Part shown: positions 1-10,147 of the stretch, one piece after another
How positions within the stretch are numbered: position 1 is the first letter of the stretch
Layout of the letters: the number at the start of each line of letters is the position of its first letter
Source of the DNA: an uncultured Pseudomonadales bacterium
Lineage (GTDB): Bacteria > Patescibacteriota > Microgenomatia > UBA1400 > PJMF01
Assembly (NCBI GenBank): GCA_964645645.1
Contig: CAZYBC010000003.1
Location: 13,369 to 77,368 of the forward strand
Direction of reading: 5' to 3'
Length of the DNA stretch: 64,000 bases
The notes under the pieces: model-generated
The model's input: the letters and a program-made list of their open reading frames with translations, nothing else
The model's database searches: none
Told to the model about the DNA's origin: nothing
Translations under genes and position numbers: made by a program

Positions 1-199
1 TTTGGAACTCATGGTTTTATAACCTAATTTTGTAAACTCAGAGCTAGAAAAAACATATGAAACTAAAGTAAAACTCAAATAAAATATTAATGAGAAACTA
101 TCTCATTTTCATTAACTTTCAACTCTTTCAGATCCACTGATATCACTTTCAGCCAAAAAAAAGCGGCCAGTGTAAAACCGGCCGCTAGAAACAAAGAAA

Positions 200-421
200 C
201 TATTTTTTTGTGGCATAAGCTACACGCTTAAGCCACAAATAAAATAAAGATGCCCCCAAGGGGAATATCCAAACAAAAAAAAGGGACCTATTAGATAGTA
301 AGTCAAACAAAGCCCCTAACGCAAGGAAAAAACTTATTCCTCCAATCCACCGTCCAACTCTCAACCATTGATAAACATTCATCCCAAACCTCTTTTTTCC
401 TAAGCTTCCCAGGCCATTCAT
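200..421 (-). CDS. small hydrophobic hypothetical protein (73 aa)
   Basis: ORF with two predicted hydrophobic segments (GGISFFLALGALF, FFVWIFPLGASLFYLWL); no recognisable motif. Confidence 0.25.
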   Translation of the reverse strand: MNGLGSLGKKRFGMNVYQWLRVGRWIGGISFFLALGALFDLLSNRSLFFVWIFPLGASLFYLWLKRVAYATKK

Positions 422-555
422 GTTTGCCTGGGTCCCATTTTATTTAAAACAAGGGAGATTAATTAAGCTTTTAACTTTAAATCTTGGCTTTAAAAAAATT
501 TAAACCAAAACTAAGCTTAACTAATTTCCCTTGTTTTATTGGGTCAAAAAAATAG

Positions 556-719
556 ACTTACTGCGAAATAAAATTTCGCAGTGAAGAATCGATATTTAAG
601 AGCGAAAAGGTCTGTTTTTGAGCGAAGTAGTAGCCATGCTACTTCGAGCGAGAAAACAAGCTTTACAGCCCTAAAGAGCGATTCTGTAGCCGAAAGGCTT
701 ATTTCGCAGTAAGTCTAAT
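556..719. repeat. ~165-bp element flanked by inverted repeats, with an internal conserved hairpin; candidate structured RNA or MITE-like element (copy A)
   Basis: Terminal inverted repeat gacttactgcgaaata ... tatttcgcagtaagtc. Internal hairpin cgaagtagtagccatgctacttcg. Homologous core to the element at 56059-56228, with different but still complementary terminal arms. Confidence 0.4.
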
Positions 720-884
720 AAATAGTTTCTTTTTAAAGAACTCTAACAAGTCAAATTTGAATCCGCTGTTGGAATAAACGTTACTTATTAGATACGTATC
801 TAATTATAACAAAAAAACTTAAAAAAGTAAAATTATGGGCTAAAATTTTTCTACAAAACCAGGCTAAAATAATTCAAAATAAAA

Positions 885-1289
885 TTACCACTTGATCCGA
901 TAAACATATTTATCTTTATCTTGACTATAATCACGAATTTCGACGATATCACTATGGGGATAATAACGACCTTCAAATCTAGAGCCATCTTCTTCTTCAC
1001 CTCTAAAATCATAACCTTCTGGTAACAATAATTTAATTTTATTTGAACCTTTTCTCCAGGTAAATTCAATTTTCACTCCAGTAGGATTAGTTAAAAATTC
1101 ATCATGATTAGCCTGATAATATTTATCATCACGTAAATTAATAGAATTAGGTAAAATTTCGCCATTAAATTCATACATTTTTGCCTCATCAGGCATGCGT
1201 TTTACCCCAACTCGATGGCTATTAAAAAATTCCTTATTTTTAAAGGTATAAACTAGGGTGGCAATTAAGGCTCGTTCTCTATCAATCAT
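885..1289 (-). CDS. hypothetical protein (134 aa)
   Basis: Long ORF, coding-like composition, no recognisable motif; the overlapping + strand ORF 851-1069 is judged spurious. Confidence 0.4.
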   Translation of the reverse strand: MIDRERALIATLVYTFKNKEFFNSHRVGVKRMPDEAKMYEFNGEILPNSINLRDDKYYQANHDEFLTNPTGVKIEFTWRKGSNKIKLLLPEGYDFRGEEEDGSRFEGRYYPHSDIVEIRDYSQDKDKYVYRIKW

Positions 1290-1355
1290 AAGTTATATTA
1301 TACCCTAGATTTAACTTTTAAATAAGTTGATCTTGAGAAAAGCAACAATCTCAAC

Positions 1356-2279
1356 TCAAGATTGCAAAATCAGCTTTAGCGCGCCAAAAACCGGGGAGTC
1401 ATTAGGATAAATTATCTTCACTTGAGGATATTGTTCTGTTAAAAGTTGGCTTAATTGTTCTCTGAAGTTGGCTTGCTTAACTAGACCTCCTACAATAACT
1501 AAGTCAAAAATTTGTTGATTTAAGGCTAAATCTTCCACTACTGTTTTCACTAAATTGACTAAATCTAATTGAGCTTGATCAATAATTTCAATGGCTACTG
1601 GGTCTTGCTGAGCAATGGCTTGATCGAGTAGGGGAGCTAATTGAGCAATCTGTCTTTTTCTAAGCACGGGTTGATAAATTTTAGCTTTTAATTCTGGCCA
1701 ACTGAAAATTTGCAAATGCTCCATTAATAAATCTTCTAAATTAGTTTTAGGGCCACTGCCATCATAACTTTGGGCCGCGGCTTTTAAAACTGCTAAGCCT
1801 AAGGCATAGCCTGAGCCTTGATCAGAAAGTAAATGCCCCCAGCCGCCAGCTTTTGCCTGAGCACCCAAACTATTCCTCCCTAAACAATTAGAACCGGTGC
1901 CGGCAATTAAAACCACCGCGGCTGGGTTATCGGTGCCGCTGGCTAAAGCAATCCAAGCGTCATTAATCACTTGATATTTCAAACAATGAAATTTTTGCAA
2001 AACCGGCTTTAATAAAGCTTGGGCTTGCGCCTGTTCTAAATCGGTATCAACTCCAGCCATACCGATTACAGCTTGATCAATTAACCGTAATTCTGGTAAT
2101 GATGCTTGAGTGACTAAATCAGCTAGAGCTTGTTCAAAATTAGCTACTGCTTCAGCTGGAGTAACAGATCCCAAATTAGCTGGACCGGCTTGTGACCGAG
2201 CTAAAATCTGACCAGTTTCATTGGCCAAAAGCATGGCGGTTTTAGTGCCGCCGGCATCGACAGCTAAATAGATTGACAT
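1356..2279 (-). CDS. BadF/BadG/BcrA/BcrD-type ATPase; N-acetylglucosamine/sugar kinase-like
   Basis: N-terminal YLAVDAGGTKT phosphate-1 motif of the ASKHA/BadF-type sugar kinase family. Glycine-rich GMAGVD and AGTGSN motifs. Confidence 0.6.
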   Translation of the reverse strand: MSIYLAVDAGGTKTAMLLANETGQILARSQAGPANLGSVTPAEAVANFEQALADLVTQASLPELRLIDQAVIGMAGVDTDLEQAQAQALLKPVLQKFHCLKYQVINDAWIALASGTDNPAAVVLIAGTGSNCLGRNSLGAQAKAGGWGHLLSDQGSGYALGLAVLKAAAQSYDGSGPKTNLEDLLMEHLQIFSWPELKAKIYQPVLRKRQIAQLAPLLDQAIAQQDPVAIEIIDQAQLDLVNLVKTVVEDLALNQQIFDLVIVGGLVKQANFREQLSQLLTEQYPQVKIIYPNDSPVFGALKLILQS

Positions 2280-2283
2280 AATT

Positions 2284-4281
2284 TTATAATTGCGCTAATT
2301 TTTCTTGATTGGTTTTTAATTTTTCCTTATGGTCTAAATATTCCAAAATCAAATCTACATACACGGCATGGCTCCAAACCAAAGGCGTGGCTGACAAAGA
2401 TTCTTCACTGTAAGGATCTAATTGCTCAGCTAAAATCCCTGATTCATATTTGTGTTTAACTACCCAATCAATAATTTTTTCTACTTTTTCCAAATCTAAA
2501 GCAGTGACGTTGGGCTGGTGTAAAATCCGCATTGCTTCCCACATCGTTGTAATTAGCCAAGGATTAGATTTATCTGCTCGTCTAAAATAAGCGTCATTTT
2601 CATAACGAATTATTCCGCCTAAAGGAGTAGGATTAATCAAATTTTTGTTAATCTGCTCCAGAGTAGAGATAAACTTAGGATCATCTTGATTAAGAACATC
2701 AAAGTACCACAAACCAAACAAAGAACTGGCATCTAAAGTATTATTTTGCACTAATTGTTCACCCTGATATTCTGAAATTCTAATAAAAGCTTGACGGCGG
2801 GCACTAAACAAATGATCAATCATAGCTTGCTTTACATCTTTAGCGGCCTGCTTATACTCTCGCATATGATTACGCTTACCTAGCAGCTCGCTAAAATTAG
2901 CTGCTGCCATTAAACCACCATAAACAGCACAGCAAGTATAAGTAGAAACACCGATTTTTTCTTCCCATAAATCATAAGAGGGCAGAGGTAAACCAGTTTC
3001 TGGATCACGGAATTTAACCAAAAATTGAGCGATTTTTTCAATTAAAGGTTTATAAAGTTTTTCAATATATTCTAAATCTTTACAGTAAAGATAATGTTTC
3101 CATAAAGCAAATAATGCCCCAGCACTTTCATCTTCCTGAATAGGTAACTGTAAAATTTTATCTTTTAACCAAGCAGTTTGGGCGGTAGTAGAATGCCAAG
3201 TAGAACCTAAACTTCTATCGCTATTAAAACGGTGATGTAAATAACCATCTGGATGAAGGACATCTTGGCAAAATTCAAAGAATGGTCTAGTAACTGGCGC
3301 AAAGCCAGCTTTGTCTAAAACAGTACTAATAAAAGCCGCGTCTCTAGGCCACATATACGTATAATCATCTTTGCCATATTCAATCATTTCACTATCAGCA
3401 CTGGCAATAATGCTGCCTCGGTTATCCACGTGAGCGCGTAACACAAATAATGACGTATCAAATAAACGTTGTTGGTCTTCGCTTAATTCCTCAAAGTGTA
3501 AATTTTTCTTTTCTAACCAAGCATGCCAAAAATCTTCGGTGGAATGAATCATTCCTTCAGGAGTTTTTTCATTAACCATGGTGTTTAAATCATAAGCTTC
3601 TGTTAAAGTCTTACCCACACAAATCCAATAATAAATTCTGGTTTTTAGCTTAGCTTCTACTTGAATAGAAAAACGAATCACGCTATCTACACTGCCATGC
3701 TCAACCGCATTTTTACCTAATTGTCCGTCTTCAGCATCTTTATAAGTACCTTCTTTACCACCAAATTGATAAGCACCCACACAATAATCATCTAAACCAA
3801 CCCCGGTTTCAGTTTTACCATTGACCACAAACACCCGTCTGCCTTTATAATGCACAATAGAATTGTGCGTAGGATCATAAAAAGCAGTATTACGTTTACG
3901 GCTTTCACTAATCATAAATACTTGATGGAAAAAAACTTTCACTTCCATTTGATTTTCTGAATGGTTATAAACATCAACCTGACGCAAAAAAACATCAGTC
4001 TCGTTGTAAATAATATCTTCCATCACTAAACTGACTTGCAGACGGTCATTTTTACAGACTAAATAACCAACCATGGTTTCTTTTTTATAACCAATGTTAA
4101 TCTTCCAATCAGGATCATCTAGCCAAGAGAAAACTCCATTAACCATTATCCCAATCCGATGTTTATGACCACTAACATGATTTTCTAAACCAACATAATG
4201 AAAATGAAAATCACGAACAAACCCATGATTATCGAGAGTAACTAAGGAAGTGCCATTCCCTAGAACCAATGCTCTTGCCAT
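2284..4281 (-). CDS. glycoside hydrolase family 15 (glucoamylase/glucodextranase-like)
   Basis: 665 aa. N-terminal beta-sandwich-like region followed by an (alpha/alpha)6-like region with a YTYMWPRDAAF motif, as in GH15 WxRD. Adjacent to other alpha-glucan genes. Confidence 0.6.
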   Translation of the reverse strand: MARALVLGNGTSLVTLDNHGFVRDFHFHYVGLENHVSGHKHRIGIMVNGVFSWLDDPDWKINIGYKKETMVGYLVCKNDRLQVSLVMEDIIYNETDVFLRQVDVYNHSENQMEVKVFFHQVFMISESRKRNTAFYDPTHNSIVHYKGRRVFVVNGKTETGVGLDDYCVGAYQFGGKEGTYKDAEDGQLGKNAVEHGSVDSVIRFSIQVEAKLKTRIYYWICVGKTLTEAYDLNTMVNEKTPEGMIHSTEDFWHAWLEKKNLHFEELSEDQQRLFDTSLFVLRAHVDNRGSIIASADSEMIEYGKDDYTYMWPRDAAFISTVLDKAGFAPVTRPFFEFCQDVLHPDGYLHHRFNSDRSLGSTWHSTTAQTAWLKDKILQLPIQEDESAGALFALWKHYLYCKDLEYIEKLYKPLIEKIAQFLVKFRDPETGLPLPSYDLWEEKIGVSTYTCCAVYGGLMAAANFSELLGKRNHMREYKQAAKDVKQAMIDHLFSARRQAFIRISEYQGEQLVQNNTLDASSLFGLWYFDVLNQDDPKFISTLEQINKNLINPTPLGGIIRYENDAYFRRADKSNPWLITTMWEAMRILHQPNVTALDLEKVEKIIDWVVKHKYESGILAEQLDPYSEESLSATPLVWSHAVYVDLILEYLDHKEKLKTNQEKLAQL

Positions 4282-4300
4282 AGATTTTTTCCTTTCAGTT

Positions 4301-5497
4301 TCAAAGTAAGGCTTGTTTTAAAGACGCCAAAGCAATGCTATAACGCCGATAAGCCTCATAAGGGGAGTGATAAGGATTAAAATAAGCATGCACATCCCCA
4401 TCAGCACTCCACTTAGTGCACATATAATAAAAATGGTCGCTAGTTTGCAACTTGCGCCAGATTTCGATTAAATTTTCGTCCTTAGTATTAAGAATAGGCT
4501 GTTCTAACTCGTAGAGCAAGCGTAAAGTATCGGATTGCAAAGGATTGTCTCGCCAAGCTGTTAAATCTCTGTCCACATCTGCCCAAGAAATAGGCTGAGG
4601 AACATCGTAAGTAGGTAATTTTTTTTGACGAGCAGAATTAACCTGCTGAAAAACTTGACTAGGTGTCACAAATTTATTCCAAGATTTTTGTAAAAATTGT
4701 TCAACAAATTTTTTGAAAAATTTAAAAATGCCAGTATCAGCCCATTGATGTTCACCAAAAGTTTCAAAATCCATAAATAAGTTGATAATTTCATTTTCTG
4801 GATAAACTTCTAACCAATTAAGATAATTAGGCGCATAGAGTGGATAAGCCTCCCAGCTACGATTACTAAAACGAAACGCAATATCATCAGATAACTTGGC
4901 ATGCTTAAGCAATAATGACAAAGGCTGAGAAGTTTTACTAGCAAAAACTTGAGTAAAATTTTGGCCATTTAAATAACGAGGCACGGCTTCGGTTAAAACT
5001 CCAGCAAAATTAAAAGGCGCTAATAATTCAGCAATGTCATTAGAATAAATTAATTCGGTATTTCTAAATACCTTAGGTTTGATGGCAAATAAATCTTCCA
5101 TTAGGGCAGAATGTTGGACAATTTGTTGACGAAATTCTCCAGGTGAATATAAAAAAGCTAAAGAATGATAATAAGTTTCAGCTAAAATTTCTAATTGACC
5201 AGTTGCGGACAATTTTTGTAACCAATCAATAATTTCTGGCTGATAAGCAGCCGCTTGCTCTAAAAAAACTCCGCTCGCAGAAATTGCGAATTTAAAATCT
5301 GGGTATTGCTGAGTCAACTTAAATAATAACTGCAACATTGGCAAATAAGATTTAGCTGCTACTTTTTGGAAAATTGATTTATTACCATCTAATTCATCTT
5401 GAGAAAAAAATTCTGTCGTATTGCCTAACTCTAAAACATCTAAGTTATTTAAACGGTAAGGCTGATGAAGCTGAAAATATAAACAAACTTGAGGCAT
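4301..5497 (-). CDS. glycoside hydrolase family 57 (alpha-amylase/4-alpha-glucanotransferase-like)
   Basis: N-terminal ...YFQLHQPYR... HQP motif, which matches GH57 region I. Size ~400 aa. In a glycogen-type gene cluster. Confidence 0.55.
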   Translation of the reverse strand: MPQVCLYFQLHQPYRLNNLDVLELGNTTEFFSQDELDGNKSIFQKVAAKSYLPMLQLLFKLTQQYPDFKFAISASGVFLEQAAAYQPEIIDWLQKLSATGQLEILAETYYHSLAFLYSPGEFRQQIVQHSALMEDLFAIKPKVFRNTELIYSNDIAELLAPFNFAGVLTEAVPRYLNGQNFTQVFASKTSQPLSLLLKHAKLSDDIAFRFSNRSWEAYPLYAPNYLNWLEVYPENEIINLFMDFETFGEHQWADTGIFKFFKKFVEQFLQKSWNKFVTPSQVFQQVNSARQKKLPTYDVPQPISWADVDRDLTAWRDNPLQSDTLRLLYELEQPILNTKDENLIEIWRKLQTSDHFYYMCTKWSADGDVHAYFNPYHSPYEAYRRYSIALASLKQALL

Positions 5498-5506
5498 ATA
5501 AAATTC

Positions 5507-6724
5507 TCAACCTAAAAACACTTGGCGATAAACTTGCTTCATTTTTTGAGCACTATTTTGCCAAGTAGCAGATTTTAATTCTTCCAGTTGTTTTTCAGCA
5601 ACTTCGGTATAAAAACCTTGATCTTCTAATAAAGCAGCTACTGTATCAGCCATTTTCTCTACATCCCAAAAATCAATGGCAATACTACTAGGCATTACTT
5701 CGCTCACACCAGCTGTTTTAGAAACAATTACCGGTGTATGACGTAAAGCCGCTTCTACTGCTACTAAACCAAAAGGCTCCGAAACTGAAGGCATGATAAA
5801 AACATCAGTTCTAGCTAAAAGTTTATTTTTCTGTTTATCACGCACAAAACCGCTAAATAAAACGCTAGCAGAAAGCTGACTGCCCGCTGTTCTTAATAAA
5901 AGCTCTTGATACATATCACCTGAACCAGCCACAATAAATAAACAATTTGGCACTTGCTTAAGAATAGCTTGTGCTACTTGAAGAAAAAACTCAGGGCCTT
6001 TTTGCATGGTTAATCTCCCCATAAATGACACCACTGGCCGTTTTTGAGCAAAACTTTCTGGAGTGGGAGAGATGGGTTGATAAAAAATCCCATTATGCAC
6101 TACTTCAATTTTAGACGGATTAACCTGATATTTTTCAATTAATAATTTTCTGGTGTAATAACTAACTGCAATAATTTTATCTGCGGCTTGCATGCCTAAA
6201 TATTCAGTATGAGTAATATAGTGACTGCCCTGACCATTAGGGATGCGGTCAAACTCAGTAGAATGAATCTGCGCAATCATCGGTTTACCAGTTTTTTGCT
6301 TTAAGTTAATCGCAGCTGGAAAAGCCATCCAATCATGAGCATGAATTAAATTAAAATTACTTTTTACTTTTTTGGCTTGTTGCTCAACTAATTGACTATA
6401 ACGCTCTACTTTTTGCTCTAATTCTGAAGTAGGCAAAGCTGATAAAGTTTGAGTATCCAAAAGTTTATCTAACTTATGACTAACTAGCTGATTGTAAGCC
6501 TTAAAAGGTGGCTGCTTAGAGTCAGCCCATTGAGGGTCATAACAATCTAAAACCTGCATATGACTCAATTGCTTAGAAAAATGATAGGGTAAAGTAAAAT
6601 AAATTTGAGTATTAGCGTCAGCTAAAGCCTTAGTTAAACCAGCACAAGCTGTACCTAATCCACCACTATTGTGTGGAGGGTATTCCCATCCAATCATCAG
6701 AACTTGATCGCTAGTATTTAGCAT
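5507..6724 (-). CDS. glycosyltransferase, glycogen synthase-like (GT4/GT5, archaeal-type)
   Basis: N-terminal WEYPPHNSGGLGTACAGLTKALA, matching the E-x-P...GGL..AL signature of glycogen/starch synthases. C-terminal GT-B fold motifs (SVSEPFGLVAVEAA). Confidence 0.55.
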   Translation of the reverse strand: MLNTSDQVLMIGWEYPPHNSGGLGTACAGLTKALADANTQIYFTLPYHFSKQLSHMQVLDCYDPQWADSKQPPFKAYNQLVSHKLDKLLDTQTLSALPTSELEQKVERYSQLVEQQAKKVKSNFNLIHAHDWMAFPAAINLKQKTGKPMIAQIHSTEFDRIPNGQGSHYITHTEYLGMQAADKIIAVSYYTRKLLIEKYQVNPSKIEVVHNGIFYQPISPTPESFAQKRPVVSFMGRLTMQKGPEFFLQVAQAILKQVPNCLFIVAGSGDMYQELLLRTAGSQLSASVLFSGFVRDKQKNKLLARTDVFIMPSVSEPFGLVAVEAALRHTPVIVSKTAGVSEVMPSSIAIDFWDVEKMADTVAALLEDQGFYTEVAEKQLEELKSATWQNSAQKMKQVYRQVFLG

Positions 6725-6862
6725 GCAATTAAACTAATTTTAGTTTAGCGCTTTTTAATGAGAAAAAACAAGTAGAAGTTTAAAAATAAAAACAGAAATA
6801 ATTACTGAAAAATCAAATAAATATTTTGACGAAAATAAACTTAAGACTTAAGTTTATTTTCA

Positions 6863-8110
6863 ATGCTTTATAATAGCTTTATGCTTAATGATTTACTCTA
6901 TTATTTAAAACGTCCTTATCATTTTTTTAAGACTGGACTTTTATCAGCTTTACCAGCCCAATTAAAATATCGATTTCCAGCTCGCAAACTTAAAATTTTA
7001 ATGATTACTGGAACAGATGGCAAAACTACTTCTTCAACTCTCTTATATTATATACTCAAGACAGCTAATAAAAAGGTCGGTTTAATTTCTACAGTTAACG
7101 CTCAAATTGGGGATGAACAACTAGATACTGGTTTACACGTCACTACCCCAGAGCCACCAATGTTAGCCAAAATGATGGCTAAAATGGTTAAAGCTCATTT
7201 GGAATATCTAGTATTGGAATTTACTTCTCATGCTGCCTATCAATATCGCAATTGGGGTATCAAAGCTTTTTTAGCTGGTTTAACCAATATTCACTATGAA
7301 CATTTAGATTACCATCTCAATTATGAAAACTATCTCCAAGCCAAAGCTCTAATTTTAAGTCAACCTAAAACTGTTGTTCTTAACCAAGATGATAGTTCAT
7401 ATAATAAAATGTTAAAATTTTTAAACAAAGAACGGCAAACTATCTTAACTTATAGCCAAAATGATTCATTGCCTAAAATCATTAATCAAGCAATTGAGGC
7501 TAGATTCCCCGAAAATTACAATCAGATGAATGCCCGTTTAGTTTATACCATGGCTAAACAACTAGAGATTGCTGACCAAGATATTGCTCAAGCTATTAAA
7601 ACTTTTCCTGGTGTACCTGGCAGATTACAGAAAGTAACTAATAAACGTGGCTACAAAATATATGTTGATTTTGCTCATACTTCGCAAGGTGTAGAGGCTG
7701 TTTTAACTGCTCTACGTCAACAAATAAAAAGAGATAAATCAACGGGCAGGCTGATTGTCTTACTTGGTTGTGCGGGTTTAAGAGACAAAGAAAAACGGCC
7801 TGTGATTGGTAAATTGGCTACCCAATTAGCTGATTATGCCGTCTTTACCGCCGATGACCCTCGCGTTGAAGGAGTCTGGTCCATTATTCGTCAGATGAAA
7901 GAACAACTAACTGAAGGTCATGATAAAGTAATTTCTATTGCTGATCGTGAACAAGCCATTGATTTTGTTATTAACAACTTAGCTAAAAAAGGTGACGTTT
8001 TAGCTTTCTTAGGTAAGGGTCCTGAAAAAAGTTTAGCCTTAGCTAATAAAGAAATGCCTTGGGATGAAATCAATATTATTCAGCAAAAATTAAATAAAAC
8101 TAAACAATAA
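6863..8110 (+). CDS. Mur ligase family protein (MurE-like, short form)
   Basis: ITGTDGKTT P-loop and DFAHT motif. 415 aa, so it lacks the usual N-terminal domain. Confidence 0.6.
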   Translation: MLYNSFMLNDLLYYLKRPYHFFKTGLLSALPAQLKYRFPARKLKILMITGTDGKTTSSTLLYYILKTANKKVGLISTVNAQIGDEQLDTGLHVTTPEPPMLAKMMAKMVKAHLEYLVLEFTSHAAYQYRNWGIKAFLAGLTNIHYEHLDYHLNYENYLQAKALILSQPKTVVLNQDDSSYNKMLKFLNKERQTILTYSQNDSLPKIINQAIEARFPENYNQMNARLVYTMAKQLEIADQDIAQAIKTFPGVPGRLQKVTNKRGYKIYVDFAHTSQGVEAVLTALRQQIKRDKSTGRLIVLLGCAGLRDKEKRPVIGKLATQLADYAVFTADDPRVEGVWSIIRQMKEQLTEGHDKVISIADREQAIDFVINNLAKKGDVLAFLGKGPEKSLALANKEMPWDEINIIQQKLNKTKQ

Positions 8111-8118
8111 CTTAACTT

Positions 8119-9567
8119 ATGTCTTATTATTCTTGGCCTCAAGCCCGCACTAATTTATTAACTTTTCAACATTTTTATCTAGTTGGAATCAAGGGCGTCG
8201 CCATGACTTCTTTGGCCCAATGCCTCTTAGATGCCAATAAAAAAGTGAGCGGTTGTGATGTGGCTGAAGAATTTGTCACTCAACCATTATTGAATCAATT
8301 AGCTTTAAAGATTGAAACAGGCTTTGACCACCCCTTACCTGAACAAACTGATTGTTTAATTTATACTAGCGCCCATCAAGCTGAACTTAATCCCATGGTG
8401 CAACAAGCTAAAAAACGCGGTTTGGCAATTTTTTCTCAGGCTGAAGCCTTAGCCAGTTTGTTTAATCAAAAGCAAGGTATTGCTGTATGTGGAGTGGGCG
8501 GGAAGTCAACTGTCTCAGCTATGCTCAGTTTTATTTTAGAAAAAACCAATAAAAAACCTTCTTTCAGTGTGGGAGTAGGGGAAATTATTGGTTTAGATAG
8601 AACTGGAGTATGGCGCCAAAATAGTGACATTTTTGTAGCTGAAGCTGACGAATATGTGATTAACCCTCAAGCTAGAAATAATGGAGAAGAAATTATTCCA
8701 CGCTTTGCTTTTTTACAACCCAGTACCATTATTTGTACTAATCTAAAATTTGATCATCCTGATGTTTATGAAAATTTAGAACATACTAAAAAAGTTTTTT
8801 ATCAATTTTTTACTCAGCTTAAACCCAATGGCAAATTAGTTTTTAATGCTGACAATGCTGATTTATTAGAACTGGCTCAACAATTGCAACAAGAACGCCC
8901 TGACTTAAAATTAGTCAGTTTTGCCAGTCAAAATTCTCAAGCTGATTTTTATTTACAAGATTATCAAGTGGCAGAAGCTACTAGCCTAAGCAATTTTCAA
9001 TTCCAAAATCAAAGTTACCAATTAAAACTGAAAATTCCTGGCCAATTTAATATGCTTAATGCCTTAGCGGCTCTGGCCAGTTTAGATTTTAAAACTGAAA
9101 ATTTAACTGCTCTAGAAAATTTCGCTTCTACTAAACGACGCTTTGAATTTATCGGCCAAAAAAATGGCATCTATTATTACGACGACTACGCTCACCATCC
9201 TAGCGAAGTGGCAGCGGTGATTACAGCTTTACAACAATGGCATCCTCAACAAAGAATTGTAGTAGCTTTTCAATCACACACCTTTTCACGCACCAAACAA
9301 CTCTTTGATCAATTTGTGGAAGCTTTTAAAAATGCTCCAGAAGTAGTAATGATTGATATCTTTCCTAGTGCCAGAGAAGCTTTTGATGCCAGTGTTAGCA
9401 GTGATTTGCTGTGCGAAAAAATTAGTCAAACTTATCCACAGATTAAGTGCCAAAATTTAAAAAACACAGAAAATTTGGCCAAGTTTTGTAAAACTGAGCT
9501 AAAACAAGGTGATGTCTTTATCACAATTGGGGCTGGAGATATTTATTTAGTTCATGATTTAATATAA
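8119..9567 (+). CDS. murC: UDP-N-acetylmuramate--L-alanine ligase-like Mur ligase
   Basis: N-terminal GIKGVAMTSLAQ Rossmann motif, GVGGKST P-loop and DDYAHHPSEV motif typical of MurC. Confidence 0.65.
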   Translation: MSYYSWPQARTNLLTFQHFYLVGIKGVAMTSLAQCLLDANKKVSGCDVAEEFVTQPLLNQLALKIETGFDHPLPEQTDCLIYTSAHQAELNPMVQQAKKRGLAIFSQAEALASLFNQKQGIAVCGVGGKSTVSAMLSFILEKTNKKPSFSVGVGEIIGLDRTGVWRQNSDIFVAEADEYVINPQARNNGEEIIPRFAFLQPSTIICTNLKFDHPDVYENLEHTKKVFYQFFTQLKPNGKLVFNADNADLLELAQQLQQERPDLKLVSFASQNSQADFYLQDYQVAEATSLSNFQFQNQSYQLKLKIPGQFNMLNALAALASLDFKTENLTALENFASTKRRFEFIGQKNGIYYYDDYAHHPSEVAAVITALQQWHPQQRIVVAFQSHTFSRTKQLFDQFVEAFKNAPEVVMIDIFPSAREAFDASVSSDLLCEKISQTYPQIKCQNLKNTENLAKFCKTELKQGDVFITIGAGDIYLVHDLI

Positions 9568-9624
9568 AATAATGTTATAATTTGCTTTGTTAAAAAAGCT
9601 GTTTAAAATTAAAATAAAACTTTT

Positions 9625-9708
9625 GCCTCTGTGGCGGAATTGGCAGACGCGCGAGACTTAAAATCTCGTGATCGCAAGATCGTGTGGGTTCGACCCCCTC
9701 CGGAGGCA
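9625..9708 (+). tRNA. tRNA-Leu (anticodon TAA)
   Basis: Cloverleaf readable by eye: acceptor GCCTCTG/CGGAGGC, anticodon stem CGAGA/TCTCG with loop CTTAAAA, long variable arm, and T-loop GGTTCGACCCC. Confidence 0.8.
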
Positions 9709-9721
9709 CTTGATCATCATT

Positions 9722-10033
9722 ATGGTAAAAAAAGTAATTTTGATTTTTGGGATAATCATTGTTTTATTTATCACTATTTTAAAATTAAATTTATTGAGAG
9801 TAGAAATTTCACCTGGAGCTTATTTTTTTAAAATTCCACTCATAAAATTATTTCTTTTAATCAAAACTTCAGATAAAGCAAATCAAAAAAATGAATTTGG
9901 ATATCTAACTGATTATTTAAAAGCTGATGGTTTTGAACCATATGACCAATTGGGTTGTTTAATTAAATATAAAAAAGCAGCCAAAACTAAAAATTATAAC
10001 TGTACCGACATTAAAACTATTAGGTTATACTAG
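9722..10033 (+). CDS. small membrane-anchored hypothetical protein (103 aa)
   Basis: ATG just after tRNA-Leu with a strongly hydrophobic N-terminus (VILIFGIIIVLFITIL). The longer tracked ORFs 9631/9668 start inside the tRNA and are rejected. Confidence 0.25.
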   Translation: MVKKVILIFGIIIVLFITILKLNLLRVEISPGAYFFKIPLIKLFLLIKTSDKANQKNEFGYLTDYLKADGFEPYDQLGCLIKYKKAAKTKNYNCTDIKTIRLY

Positions 10034-10052
10034 ACTTATTGAAAATTAAAAT

Positions 10053-10126
10053 CGGGGAATAGCTCAGATGGCTAGAGCGCACGGTTTGGGACCGTGAGGC
10101 CGCAGGTTCGAGTCCTGTTTCCCCGA
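10053..10126 (+). tRNA. tRNA-Pro (anticodon TGG)
   Basis: Acceptor CGGGGAA/TTCCCCG, D-loop AGCTCAGATGGCTAGAGC, anticodon stem CACGG/CCGTG with loop TTTGGGA, and T-loop GGTTCGAGTCC. Confidence 0.8.
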
Positions 10127-10147
10127 CAACTTCAGCTAGCGTAACGT

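Noticed and set aside
851-1069. 72-aa ORF on + strand
   Set aside because: Entirely overlaps the better-supported minus-strand gene 885-1289. It is a low-complexity Ile/Lys-rich shadow ORF.
9631-10033. Tracked ORFs 9631-9831 and 9668-10033 (+)
   Set aside because: Both start inside tRNA-Leu (9625-9708). Only the shorter frame from the ATG at 9722 is plausible, and it is listed with low confidence.
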